From NCBI GenBank assembly GCA_963676795.2, contig CAXXTB010000001.1, forward strand, positions 672,001-736,000: a stretch of 64,000 nucleotides of DNA. Reading direction: 5' to 3'. This stretch comes from Geopsychrobacteraceae bacterium. Its GTDB lineage: Bacteria > Desulfobacterota > Desulfuromonadia > Desulfuromonadales > Geopsychrobacteraceae. Below the pieces are notes generated by a model, which searched no databases, had not been told where the DNA came from, and was given only the letters and a program-made list of their open reading frames with translations. This document shows positions 8,730 to 18,510 of the stretch, piece after piece; the first letter of the stretch is position 1, and every line of letters begins with the position of its first letter. The translations under genes and the position numbers were made by a program.

Positions 8730-9067
8730 TGAGCACAGAACCAAGAGGATTACTGATCGACTACGACTTCTGCACCGGCTGCCACAGCTGTGAGGTCGCC
8801 TGCAAGCAGGCCCACAACTATCCGGCAGGAGTCTGGGGGATCAGGGTTCATGAATTTGTCCAGGAGAAGCCGAACGGAGCGGTCGAGATCAGTTATCTGC
8901 CACAGCCGAGCGATCTCTGCACGCTCTGTGAACAGCGGACGCAGCAGGGAGACGTCCCGTCCTGCGTCAAACACTGCCAGGCCGATTGTCTCCGTGTGGG
9001 GACGATCACTGAGCTGCTTGAGGTACTGGCAGCAAAGCCGAAGCAGGTGCTGTTCCGGCTGAAGTAG
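8729..9067 (+). CDS. 4Fe-4S small subunit of the upstream Mo enzyme
   Basis: LLIDYDFCTGCHSCEVACK, CTLC, CVKHCQADC; start overlaps the upstream stop (TGATG). Confidence 0.9.
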   Translation: MSTEPRGLLIDYDFCTGCHSCEVACKQAHNYPAGVWGIRVHEFVQEKPNGAVEISYLPQPSDLCTLCEQRTQQGDVPSCVKHCQADCLRVGTITELLEVLAAKPKQVLFRLK

Positions 9068-9243
9068 CAGGTTTTGAATGCCGGTGCCAGCTGAGTACCG
9101 GGTCTTGAACAATGGGGAGGCAAATCACTGTAAGCAGATAGAGCGTCAGAGTTGTGTATAGAGGCCGGGCTTGTCCTGTCTCTGGGACAGCAGGCTGTAC
9201 AGACTCGCGAAATTCACTACCGAAGAGAAGGAGGTTGTTCGAT

Positions 9244-11769
9244 ATGTCGACGCAAGAGCAGGTGTTTACCAGCATGACCAACGGTGGCCCGATTTCGGTC
9301 TATGTCAAAGATGGCAAGATCGTCCGCGTGCGCCCCTTGCAGATTGAAGAAAACGACTACAAACCCTGGGTGATTGAGGCTGATGGGAAGACCTATTCTC
9401 CGCCCAAGGCGGTGCGTGTCGCACCACCGGTTCAGGCCGAAAGGAACCGGACCGATTCCTATAACCGCATCCTTTATCCGCTCAAACGGGTCGATTTCGA
9501 TCCAAACGGTGAGCGCAACCCCGAAAACCGCGGCAAATCCGGCTACGAGCGGATCAGCTGGGATGAAGCGATCACCATCGTCTCCAACGAGATGCAGCGC
9601 CTGATCGTCAACTACGGCGGCGCTTCGATCTCCGGGATGACTTCGTCCCACCACAACTGGGGGATCGTCGGCTACAAGATGGGGCCTTTCTCCCGCTTCA
9701 TGAATATGCTCCATTACACCCCGGTCTTCGATAACCCCGACAGCTGGGAAGGCTGGCACTGGGGGGCGACCCACACCTACGGCTACTACTGGCGCCTGGG
9801 GATGCCGGAACAGTTCGACCTTTTGGAAGACGCCCTGAAAAATACCGAGATGATCGTTCTCTGGTCCAACGACCCCGATTCGACCCGTGGTACCTACAGC
9901 GGCCAGGAATCGGCCATCTGGCGGGTCTGGGTCAAGGAGAAAGGGATCAAAACGGTTTTCATCGATCCTTTCTACAACTACACCAACGCCGCGATGGACG
10001 GCACCTGGCTGCCACCGCGTCCAGGTTCCGATACTGCGCTGGCCATGGCGATCGCTTACACCTGGATTGTCGAGGAGACCTATGACAAGGAATATGTCGA
10101 GGCCAGAACCGTCGGCTTCGATGAGTTCAGGGACTATATCCTTGGCAAAGGGGAGGATGGCCTGGCCAAGACTCCAGCCTGGGCAGCGGAAAAATCGGGT
10201 ATCGCCGAGCGCAAAATCGTCTCTCTGGCCCGCGAATGGGCGAGCAAGCGGACCAGCCTCAGCTGCGGCAGCCGCGGCGGCGAAGGCGGGGCCTGCCGCA
10301 CCGCTGACGGTATGGACTGGGCGCGCATGATGGTTCTGCTCCAGGCAATGCAGGGCTTAGGCAAGCCGGGGATCTCGATCTGGGGGATGACCATGGGTGC
10401 TCCTTCTGATTCTGACAAGTGGTTCCCGGCCTATGCCGAACCCCAGGGGATGATGGGCAAGGCCAATATCGCTCAGCGCAAGCTGTCGAATGAGAACAAG
10501 ACCAAGCAGCGCCTGTTCCGCCTGACCCTGCCTGAAGCGATCATGCGCGGCGAGGAAGAGTTCTACGGCGAAGGTTTTTGTGGCCAGAGCCTGGAGCAGC
10601 AGTTCACCAAGCAGACCTACCCGATCGAAGCGCCGGTGCGCATGTTCTACCGTTATGGTGGCTCCTTCTTCGGCACCATGGTCGATACCAGCAAGTGGGT
10701 CAAGATGTACCAGTGCCCCAACCTTGAGATGGTCGTCGCTCAGGATTGCTGGTGGAGCGGCGAGACCAAGTTCGCCGATATCATCCTGCCGGCCTGTACC
10801 GGCCTGGAGCGCAACGACATCGGCGAGTGGGCGGCCTGCGGCGGTTACACGACCAACGCCCACATCGGCAACAACTATCGGGTCATCGCCCGCCAGCAGA
10901 AATGCGTCGAACCGGCCGGTGAGTCGAAGTCCGATTACGAAATCTTCACCCTGCTGGCCGATCGCCTGGGTAAAAAGGAACTGTTCACCGAAGGTAACAC
11001 TGAGGATGACTGGGCGAAACTCTTCTTCGAATCGTCCGACATCGCCAAGGATGTCAGCTGGGAGGAATTCAACAAGAAGGGCTACCATGTCGTACCTGTG
11101 CCCGATAACTACAAGCCAACTCCGAGCATGCGCTGGTTCGTCGAAGGGCGTCCCTGTGACACCCCGGATACCGGAAACCCGAAGCGTGGCACCGAAAAAG
11201 CCCATGAGCTGGGCACCTACTCCGGCAAGATCGAATTTTCCTCGGTCAGCCTGCGTGAGAATACCCCGGATGACCCGGAGCGCCCGGTCATTCCGCACTA
11301 CCGCGAATCCTGGGAAGGCTACGGCAGCGAACCGCACAAGCGCTTCCCGCTGCAGCTGATCAGCCCGCATCCGCGCTTTTCGTTCCACACCCATTACGAC
11401 AACCACTGCACCTGGATCAACGAGATCCCGCTGCACCGGGTCGAAAAGAACGGTTACCGCTGGTGGCCGGTGCGGATCAATCCGGAGGATGCCCGCGAGC
11501 GTAACCTGCAGACCGGCGATATCGTCGAACTCTACAACGACAGGGGCTCGGTCCTCTGTATCACCCAGGTGACCGAACGGGTTCCGGCCGGAACCATTCA
11601 CAGCTACGCCTCGAGCGCCAAGTATGATCCGGTTGTGCCGGGCAAAGCGGACTCTCCGGACAAGGCCGGCTGCGTCAACATCCTCACTCCGTCGAAGATG
11701 ATGGGGCGGATGGTTCCGGGGATGACACCGAATTCATGTGTTTGTGAAATCAGAAAGTGGGAGGCGTAA
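9244..11769 (+). CDS. Pyrogallol-phloroglucinol transhydroxylase-like large subunit (AthL/RehL/DbhL family)
   Basis: GGPISVYVKDGKI, SSHHNWG, NPDSWEGWHWG (Ser Mo ligand), RLGMPEQFDLLED, FPAYAE, SPHPRFSFHT; RBS aaggagg before ATG 9244. Confidence 0.92.
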   Translation: MSTQEQVFTSMTNGGPISVYVKDGKIVRVRPLQIEENDYKPWVIEADGKTYSPPKAVRVAPPVQAERNRTDSYNRILYPLKRVDFDPNGERNPENRGKSGYERISWDEAITIVSNEMQRLIVNYGGASISGMTSSHHNWGIVGYKMGPFSRFMNMLHYTPVFDNPDSWEGWHWGATHTYGYYWRLGMPEQFDLLEDALKNTEMIVLWSNDPDSTRGTYSGQESAIWRVWVKEKGIKTVFIDPFYNYTNAAMDGTWLPPRPGSDTALAMAIAYTWIVEETYDKEYVEARTVGFDEFRDYILGKGEDGLAKTPAWAAEKSGIAERKIVSLAREWASKRTSLSCGSRGGEGGACRTADGMDWARMMVLLQAMQGLGKPGISIWGMTMGAPSDSDKWFPAYAEPQGMMGKANIAQRKLSNENKTKQRLFRLTLPEAIMRGEEEFYGEGFCGQSLEQQFTKQTYPIEAPVRMFYRYGGSFFGTMVDTSKWVKMYQCPNLEMVVAQDCWWSGETKFADIILPACTGLERNDIGEWAACGGYTTNAHIGNNYRVIARQQKCVEPAGESKSDYEIFTLLADRLGKKELFTEGNTEDDWAKLFFESSDIAKDVSWEEFNKKGYHVVPVPDNYKPTPSMRWFVEGRPCDTPDTGNPKRGTEKAHELGTYSGKIEFSSVSLRENTPDDPERPVIPHYRESWEGYGSEPHKRFPLQLISPHPRFSFHTHYDNHCTWINEIPLHRVEKNGYRWWPVRINPEDARERNLQTGDIVELYNDRGSVLCITQVTERVPAGTIHSYASSAKYDPVVPGKADSPDKAGCVNILTPSKMMGRMVPGMTPNSCVCEIRKWEA

Positions 11770-11772
11770 GTC

Positions 11773-12618
11773 ATGGCCAGATATGCATTAGCTTTTGATA
11801 TCGAGAAATGTACCGGATGTTATTCCTGTGTCCTTGCCTGCAAGGACGAGTACGCCGGCAATGATCACCTGCCACTCTCTGCGGCCCAGCCCTACTCGGA
11901 ACATAACTGGCTGACCATCAAGGAAGTCGAGCAGGGGCAGGGGACCAAGATCAAGGTCGATTACGTGCCGATGACCTGCCAGCACTGCGAAAATCCACTC
12001 TGTGCCACCGTCGCACCGGAAGGCGCCGTCTATACCCGCGCCGACGGCATCGTCATCATCGATCCGGACAAGTCCAAAGGCTGCAAGGAGATCGTCGAGG
12101 CCTGTCCTTACCGGGTTGTCAGCTGGAACGAAGAGGCCCAGCTCGCCCAGAAATGCACCATGTGCGCCCATATGCTCGATAACGGCGAGACCACAACCCG
12201 CTGCGCCGAGTGCTGCCCGACCGGGGCGCTGATCTTCGGTGACCTGGATGATCCGAACAGCGAGATCTCCAAATTCATGACCGAGAAGGGGGATCGTGTC
12301 GAAGCTTACAAACCGGAGCTGGGTGCCCGGCCGGTGGTCAGGTACCTGGGGCTGCCGAAGGTCTTCATCGCCGGTGAGGTGGTCTGCGCCGATACCCCGG
12401 CGGAATGTCCGGGCGGGGTCAAGGTCAGGATTGCTGCGCTTGACGGCAGCATGAGTGCTGAGACCACCACCGATTTCCTCGGTGATTTCGAGTTCAAGAA
12501 TCTCGAATGCAACCAGCAGTACCGGGTGACAGCAGAGCTACAGGGTTATGCTCCGGTCGAGCTGGTGGTCCGCGCCAATGCCAGCAAGAACATCGGCGAG
12601 CTGGTGTTGACAAAGTAG
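11773..12618 (+). CDS. Transhydroxylase-like small Fe-S subunit (BthL family)
   Basis: CTGCYSCVLAC, CQHCENPLC, DGIVIIDP, QKCTMCAH, PELG.P, C-terminal beta domain (DFLGDFEF). Confidence 0.9.
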   Translation: MARYALAFDIEKCTGCYSCVLACKDEYAGNDHLPLSAAQPYSEHNWLTIKEVEQGQGTKIKVDYVPMTCQHCENPLCATVAPEGAVYTRADGIVIIDPDKSKGCKEIVEACPYRVVSWNEEAQLAQKCTMCAHMLDNGETTTRCAECCPTGALIFGDLDDPNSEISKFMTEKGDRVEAYKPELGARPVVRYLGLPKVFIAGEVVCADTPAECPGGVKVRIAALDGSMSAETTTDFLGDFEFKNLECNQQYRVTAELQGYAPVELVVRANASKNIGELVLTK

Positions 12619-12655
12619 GGGAGAGCTTAGGAACCTCAAAACGTCATTAATGGCA

Positions 12656-12712
12656 CCCCCCTTAATCCCCCCTATTTCATAGGGGGGTAGCGAGCGCAGC
12701 GAGCAGGGGGGT
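12656..12712. repeat. C/G-tract REP-like palindrome
   Basis: ccccccttaatcccccctatttcatagggggg...gcgagcgcagcgagcagggggg. Confidence 0.5.
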
Positions 12713-12747
12713 AGCGGTTGTTCCCGGCTGAAAACGAAAAGGAACCA

Positions 12748-13953
12748 ATGCAAATGCGTGATGTTGTCATCGTAGATGCCTGCCGAACCGCGGTGGGTAA
12801 ATTCGGAGGATCGCTCAAGCCTCTTCAGGCCGAAGACCTGGCACTTGCCGTTATGCAGGGGGCACTTGAGCGCAGCGGTATCGATCCAAAGCAGATCGAT
12901 GAAGTGATTATGGGGCAGTGTCGTCAGTCTTCTGATTCTTCCAATATTGCCCGCGTCGCTGCCCTGCGGGCCGGGATTCCGGAAGAAACGCCGGCCAATA
13001 CCGTGATGTGCGCCTGCGCTTCCGGGATGCTGGCCGCCAGCAATGCCGCCAACTCGATCATGGTCGGTCAGAACGAGGTTGCCCTGGCCGGCGGGACCGA
13101 GCACATGACCAACGGCATTTTCTATGTCACCAACGCTCGCTGGGGGGTTGGAACCGGCACGACCGAACTGAAGGACAGCCTGACCGAGGCCCAGTTCACC
13201 TCACAACCCCAGGATATCTACGGTCGTTTCAACATGGGGATAACAGCCGAGAATGTCGCGGAAAAGATGAGTATTTCGCGTCAGGATCAGGATGTCTTTG
13301 CGGCCATGTCACAGCAGCGGGCGGCCGATGCGATCGCCGGGGGGCGGTTTGTCGATGAGATCATCCCTTTGAGTGTGCCGCAGGGGCGCAAAAATGAGCC
13401 GCTTATTTTTGATACGGATGAATTTCCGCGTCTCTCCTCTGTGGAAGAACTGGCCAGGCTGAAACCGGCGTTCAAACAGGATGGCTGTGTCACCGCCGGC
13501 AACGCCTCCGGACGCAACGATGGTGCGTCGATTCTACTGATGATGAGTGCCGACAAGGCGGAAGAACTCGGCATGCAGCCGCTGGCCAGGCTGCGCGGTA
13601 TCGCCTCGGCCGGTGTCGATCCCCGCTACATGGGGATGGGGCCGGTCCCGGCGACTGAGAAGGTGCTGAAGATGACCGGACTCAGCCTTGCCGATATTCA
13701 GCTGATCGAGCTCAACGAAGCCTTTGCCGCCCAGTCGCTCGGTTGCATCCGTGAGCTCGGTCTGGAAGACAAAATGGACATCATCAACGTCAATGGCGGT
13801 GCTATCGCCTTGGGGCATCCGATCGGCTCGTCCGGCAGTCGCATCATGGTCAGCCTGATCCATGAAATGCGCAAGCGGCAGGTGAACATCGGTCTGGCAA
13901 CCCTGTGTATCGCCGGCGGCATGGGGATGGCCAGTGTTATCGAACTCATTTAG
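12748..13953 (+). CDS. Acetyl-CoA C-acetyltransferase (thiolase)
   Basis: [41 protein letters not shown]. Confidence 0.95.
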   Translation: MQMRDVVIVDACRTAVGKFGGSLKPLQAEDLALAVMQGALERSGIDPKQIDEVIMGQCRQSSDSSNIARVAALRAGIPEETPANTVMCACASGMLAASNAANSIMVGQNEVALAGGTEHMTNGIFYVTNARWGVGTGTTELKDSLTEAQFTSQPQDIYGRFNMGITAENVAEKMSISRQDQDVFAAMSQQRAADAIAGGRFVDEIIPLSVPQGRKNEPLIFDTDEFPRLSSVEELARLKPAFKQDGCVTAGNASGRNDGASILLMMSADKAEELGMQPLARLRGIASAGVDPRYMGMGPVPATEKVLKMTGLSLADIQLIELNEAFAAQSLGCIRELGLEDKMDIINVNGGAIALGHPIGSSGSRIMVSLIHEMRKRQVNIGLATLCIAGGMGMASVIELI

Positions 13954-13998
13954 AACCCGTTTCTGCTCCGCAACCCGGAGAGAAACCAAGGAGTCAAT

Positions 13999-14328
13999 AT
14001 GATCAAAGTTAGTGAATGTGAAGGGAATCCCTACGACGCCGCCCGTCATTTCGGTGTCTTTGGCGTGCAGAAGCTGACCGAAAACGAATCGCAGCGCACC
14101 AGCATCAACTATTCGGTGTTTCTGCCGAATGGCGGAGCGGAACTCAGCGCGTCTCCCAAGGAGCGGATCTACTACATCGTCAGTGGCCGGATGAAGGTTT
14201 CGAATCACAGTGAAGAGCACCTGCTTGAGGCCGGGGATATGATCTATATCGCTCCGGGGGAGGAGCGTCAGGTTGCAATCCTTGACAACAAACCCTGTGA
14301 ATCTCTGGTCATGATCGTAACGGTTTAG
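13999..14328 (+). CDS. Cupin domain protein
   Basis: ERIYYIVSG...LEAGDMIYIAPGE cupin pattern; the usual His ligands are not evident. Confidence 0.8.
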   Translation: MIKVSECEGNPYDAARHFGVFGVQKLTENESQRTSINYSVFLPNGGAELSASPKERIYYIVSGRMKVSNHSEEHLLEAGDMIYIAPGEERQVAILDNKPCESLVMIVTV

Positions 14329-14344
14329 GGGGCTTAAGCTGACT

Positions 14345-15310
14345 ATGGATATCAACGCTATACAAACAGTCGCCGTCTTAGGTGCCGGCACCATGGGGTT
14401 GGGAATCGCCCAGAGTTTTGCCCAGGCCGGTTATCAGGTCAACCTTTTCGATATCAGTGACCAGGCGTTAGAGAGAGCTCCGGAACTGATGCGCGCTAAC
14501 CTGCAGATCCTGGCAAAACACGGTCTGATTGCTGAGGAGGAGATCGCTGCGATCATCGCCCGGATCAGCTGTTTCAATGATCTTGAAGCTGCCGTTGCCT
14601 CGGTACAGCTGGTTGAAGAGTGCGTTTTTGAAAAGCCTCAGGTCAAGAGCGAGGTCTTTGCCAAACTCGACAGTTTCTGCCCGGACGATGTGATTATTGC
14701 CAGCAATACCTCGTACCTGAATATCTACGAGCTGGTGCCTGCGGCCCGGAAGCCAAATACGGTCATTGCCCACTGGTTCGCCCCGGCCCATATCGTGCCG
14801 CTGGTCGAACTGGTCAAAGGGGAGCAGACCGCCCCGGCCACGGTCGATACCGTCAAGGCGGTCCTGGAGAAGATCGGCAAGACCCCGGTGGTGATGGAGC
14901 GTTTCGTGCCGGGCTTTGCTATCAACCGCATTCAACGTATCCTTGGCCGCGAGATCTTCTTCCTGCTCGACAACGGCTACATGACCGCCGAAGAGCTCGA
15001 TAAGGCGGTCAAGGCGAGCATCGCTCCAAGAATGATGGTTCTGGGGCTGGTGCAGCGCTACGACTTCACCGGTATCGATCTGAGCGTCAATAATCTGAAG
15101 AACCCCGATTATCTCGAGCCGCCGATCGACAACAGCCCGAAGAGCCTGTGCAGTCTCTACGAGCAGGGCGATCTCGGGGTCAAGACCGGCAAGGGCTTTT
15201 ATGACTATGGCGACGACATGGCCGCGACCCTGGCCCAGCGTGACGATGACCTGATCAGGGCCTTCATCAGTCAGGGCCAGATGCAGCCGATCGGCACAGC
15301 CAGATCTTAA
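14345..15310 (+). CDS. 3-hydroxyacyl-CoA dehydrogenase family protein
   Basis: GAGTMG, EECVFE, IASNTS, HWFAPAHIVPLVE, GVKTGKGFYDY. Confidence 0.92.
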   Translation: MDINAIQTVAVLGAGTMGLGIAQSFAQAGYQVNLFDISDQALERAPELMRANLQILAKHGLIAEEEIAAIIARISCFNDLEAAVASVQLVEECVFEKPQVKSEVFAKLDSFCPDDVIIASNTSYLNIYELVPAARKPNTVIAHWFAPAHIVPLVELVKGEQTAPATVDTVKAVLEKIGKTPVVMERFVPGFAINRIQRILGREIFFLLDNGYMTAEELDKAVKASIAPRMMVLGLVQRYDFTGIDLSVNNLKNPDYLEPPIDNSPKSLCSLYEQGDLGVKTGKGFYDYGDDMAATLAQRDDDLIRAFISQGQMQPIGTARS

Positions 15311-15342
15311 GTGAATATAAAATAGAGAGGAAGTAGAGAACT

Positions 15343-16191
15343 ATGTACAAGAAACTGCCCAAAGACAAAGTCATCATCACCGTGGCCCAGACCGGGGCCC
15401 TGGTCAACAAGCAGATGAACCCCAACGTTCCGGAACAACCGGACGAGATCATCAAGTCTTCGATCGAATGCTACAAGGCCGGCGCCGCCGTTGTTCACCT
15501 GCATGCCCGCGACAGACAGGGGGTCAATACCTCCGATCCGGCAGTGTTTCAGCAGATCAAGGAAGGCATCCAGGCCGAGACCCCGCTGGTCATCCAGTAC
15601 AGCACCGGCGGCGGGCCGAACCTGACCCAGGAGCAGCGCATCGAATGTCTGCAGGCCAAGCCGGAACTGGCTTCGCTGAACATGGGCACGATGATGCGCA
15701 CCTCCGGCCAGTACAAGGGAGTGCCCTGGTGCAACATGCCGGATGAGATCGAATATTTCCTGCAGTGCATGCAGGAGCAGAACATCAAGCCGGAGATGGA
15801 GATCTACAATCTGGCGATGTTCCAGGATGTTGAGCGCTTGATCGAGAAAGGGCTGGTCAAGCCGCCGTTCTATATCAACATGGTGCTCGGTATGCGCTAT
15901 CAGGGCGCCTGCCCGGCGACGCCGAAGATTTTTAACACCCTGCTCGATTACCTGCCGGAAGGCGCCTATTTCAACTGCTCGGCCGTCGGTGCCGATCAGC
16001 TGCCGATGACCACCCTGGCGATGCTGCACGGCGGCTGTGTCCGGGTCGGTCTGGAAGACAACATCTACTATAGCAAGGGACGCCTGGCGACGAACGTCGA
16101 GCTGGTCGAGCGGACGGTCAGAATTGCCCGTGAGCTTGGCAAGGAACCGGCAACGCCAGATGAAGCGCGCGAAATCCTGGGTATCGGTTAG
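15343..16191 (+). CDS. Beta-keto acid cleavage enzyme (BKACE/DUF849)
   Basis: VIITVAQTG, AGAAVVHLHARD, STGG, ASLNMG, KPEME, RVGLEDN. Confidence 0.93.
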   Translation: MYKKLPKDKVIITVAQTGALVNKQMNPNVPEQPDEIIKSSIECYKAGAAVVHLHARDRQGVNTSDPAVFQQIKEGIQAETPLVIQYSTGGGPNLTQEQRIECLQAKPELASLNMGTMMRTSGQYKGVPWCNMPDEIEYFLQCMQEQNIKPEMEIYNLAMFQDVERLIEKGLVKPPFYINMVLGMRYQGACPATPKIFNTLLDYLPEGAYFNCSAVGADQLPMTTLAMLHGGCVRVGLEDNIYYSKGRLATNVELVERTVRIARELGKEPATPDEAREILGIG

Positions 16192-16216
16192 TTTCTAGTT
16201 TCGGGAGGAATGAGCA

Positions 16217-16990
16217 ATGATCAAGAAGAATATTTTCAGTCTGGAAGGTAAAACCGCAGTTGTCATCGGCGGCGCTGGCGGCATCGGCAAAGAGCTCGCT
16301 ATGGGTATGAGTGAGTCCGGCGCGAAACTGGTTCTGGCCAGCCGCAGCATGGGTGCTCTGGAGGAGACGGCTGAGGAAATCAAGGCGGCAACCGGAAATC
16401 CGGTCGATATCTGCCCTGTTGATGTTGTCAACGAGGAAAGTATGCAGCAGCTCGTCGATTTCGCCCGGAAAACGCTGGGCAAAGTCGACATTCTGGTCAA
16501 TGCCAGCGGGCTCAATATCAAGCGTGATGCGCTGGAATTCCCGATGGAAGATTTCGAGAAGATCTTCGATGTCAACGTCAAGGGGACGATGATCGCCTGC
16601 AAGTTCTTCGGGCGTTTGATGAAGGAAGCCGGTGGTGGCAACATCGTCAACCTGTCGTCTGTGCGCGGCATCCGTGGTTACGGCGGTGGCAACAGCGCAT
16701 ATTGTGCCACCAAGGGGGCGGTCGAACTGCTCACCAAGGCCCTGGCCATCGAATTTGCTCCATACCAGGTTCGGGTCAACGCTCTGGGACCATCCCTGGT
16801 CATTACCCCGGGCACGGTCCATATCAAGAACAATCCGGAACTGGCGGAAAAATATCGCTCGATTGTTCCGCTCGGCCGGATCGGTGAGGCCGAGGACATG
16901 GTCGGAGCCGTAGTGTTCCTTGCGTCTGACGCCGCGTCATTTGTGACCGGGCAGACTATTTTTGTTGATGGCGGCCTGACGGCGGCCTGA
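16217..16990 (+). CDS. Short-chain dehydrogenase/reductase
   Basis: GGAGGIG, DILVN, YCATK, VDGG. Confidence 0.93.
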   Translation: MIKKNIFSLEGKTAVVIGGAGGIGKELAMGMSESGAKLVLASRSMGALEETAEEIKAATGNPVDICPVDVVNEESMQQLVDFARKTLGKVDILVNASGLNIKRDALEFPMEDFEKIFDVNVKGTMIACKFFGRLMKEAGGGNIVNLSSVRGIRGYGGGNSAYCATKGAVELLTKALAIEFAPYQVRVNALGPSLVITPGTVHIKNNPELAEKYRSIVPLGRIGEAEDMVGAVVFLASDAASFVTGQTIFVDGGLTAA

Positions 16991-17146
16991 TGTGTGTGAA
17001 GCTGACTCAATCCTGACTTTCCGCATGAGTCCACATTGTAGCTGAACTTGACAACCGGAAAGGAGAAAGAGAGAAGGAAGGTACGTAAGGTTGGATTTCG
17101 GCATGTATCTCGTTATTTAACATTTTGACAAGCTGGGAGGATACGT

Positions 17147-18205
17147 ATGAGAACAAGGTCGTTTTTTAACGCAGCACTCGTGATTGTCGCTATTTTTGCC
17201 GTATGCCTGATTGTCCCGTCCGTCGGTTTCGCTAAATCCATAACATTGTCGTACGCCTGCCACCATGGCCCGACAGATGTTCACAGCAAGCTGATGGAAG
17301 CCTGGATCAAGGAGGTTGAAACACGGACCGAAGGTCGGGTGAAGGTTGACTTCTATCCTGGCCAGACTCTGGTCAAAGCGCCACAGACCTATGATGGAAT
17401 CGTCAATGGTATGACCGATATGGGCTGGTCGATCCTGCAGTATACCCGTGGTCGCTTCCCGTTGATGGATTTCATCAATCTGCCTCTCGGCTGGCCGAGC
17501 GGCAAGGTGAACACTGCCATCATCAACGAAGTTCTGGAAAAGTTCCAGCCGACTGAACTGAATGATACCCATGTCCTCTACCTGACCGCCCACGGTCCTG
17601 GTTACGTTCACACCACAGGTAAGCGGGTCACCGTTATGGATGACTGGAAAGGGATGAAGATCCGTTCCAACGGTCCAACCGCGGAAATGATCAAGCTGCT
17701 CGGCGGGACCCCGGTTTCCCTGCCAATGCCGGAACTCTACCAAGCCCTGCAGAAAGGGGTTGTCGATGGCGGTCTGTGGGACTTCTCCGCCAGTGCCGAC
17801 TGGAAACTGGCCGAGGTTTCCCAGTACGACATCATCAGCGACAAGACCGCCTATTCGATCGGTTTCTTTGTCACCATGAACAAGGACAAGTGGAACAGCA
17901 TCGAACCCCGCGATCAGCAGGCGATCACTGAACTGAGCCTGCCATGGCTGAAGAAACATGGTATCGCCTGGGATGAGGCGGATGATCGCGGCATCGCCTA
18001 CGGCAATAACGTCAAGGTTAAGCATGAAATGGTCCAGATCTCACCGGAAGAATCGGCCAAGTGGCGTAAGGCCTCTCAGCCGGTTATCGATGATTATATC
18101 CAGACCTGTGAGAAAAAAGGCCTGCCAGGCAAGGAAGTCATTGAATACGTAGAAAAGCGTATCGCTGAAGCCAAGGCCGGAACCTTTGAAAGTAAATATC
18201 TGTAA
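17147..18205 (+). CDS. dctP: TRAP transporter substrate-binding protein (DctP)
   Basis: Signal peptide; KGMKIR, ELYQALQKGVVDG, MNKDKWNS. Confidence 0.92.
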   Translation: MRTRSFFNAALVIVAIFAVCLIVPSVGFAKSITLSYACHHGPTDVHSKLMEAWIKEVETRTEGRVKVDFYPGQTLVKAPQTYDGIVNGMTDMGWSILQYTRGRFPLMDFINLPLGWPSGKVNTAIINEVLEKFQPTELNDTHVLYLTAHGPGYVHTTGKRVTVMDDWKGMKIRSNGPTAEMIKLLGGTPVSLPMPELYQALQKGVVDGGLWDFSASADWKLAEVSQYDIISDKTAYSIGFFVTMNKDKWNSIEPRDQQAITELSLPWLKKHGIAWDEADDRGIAYGNNVKVKHEMVQISPEESAKWRKASQPVIDDYIQTCEKKGLPGKEVIEYVEKRIAEAKAGTFESKYL

Positions 18206-18217
18206 TTGATTGAGTAT

Positions 18218-18259
18218 GGAGGGGCAGCCCGGCTGCCACCGACTGCCCCTCCGATTTTT
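18218..18259 (+). terminator. Hairpin/terminator after dctP
   Basis: ggaggggcag...ctgcccctcc followed by gatttttt. Confidence 0.6.
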
Positions 18260-18309
18260 CTGCAAGACACATAGCTGGTTGCCATCCGGAATCTTCGGAG
18301 GGCAATGCG

Positions 18310-18455
18310 TAAGTTTCAGATTGGAAACGAGCGATTTTTCATTGTGGCTAGGAACTCAAGAGGTTGCGCGGAGGCGTATTACTATACGCCGCACAAGCAA
18401 GCTCGTAGATTGACACCGCCACAGTGGAAAAGGGCCGTTTCCGAATGAAAACTAG
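18310..18455. repeat. ~145-bp MITE/ERIC-like palindromic repeat, family B copy 1
   Basis: Reverse-complement homolog of 50311-50456; terminal inverted repeats (taagtttcagattggaaacg / cgtttccgaatgaaaacta). Confidence 0.85.
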
Positions 18456-18510
18456 CTGAGATTTAATATGCTTGATCCGGATCTGCCGCCGGATGATTAA
18501 GGGACGGATT

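Noticed and set aside
17099..17114. Possible sigma54 promoter upstream of dctP (also near 53950)
   Set aside because: The -12 element is GT rather than GC; too weak to call.
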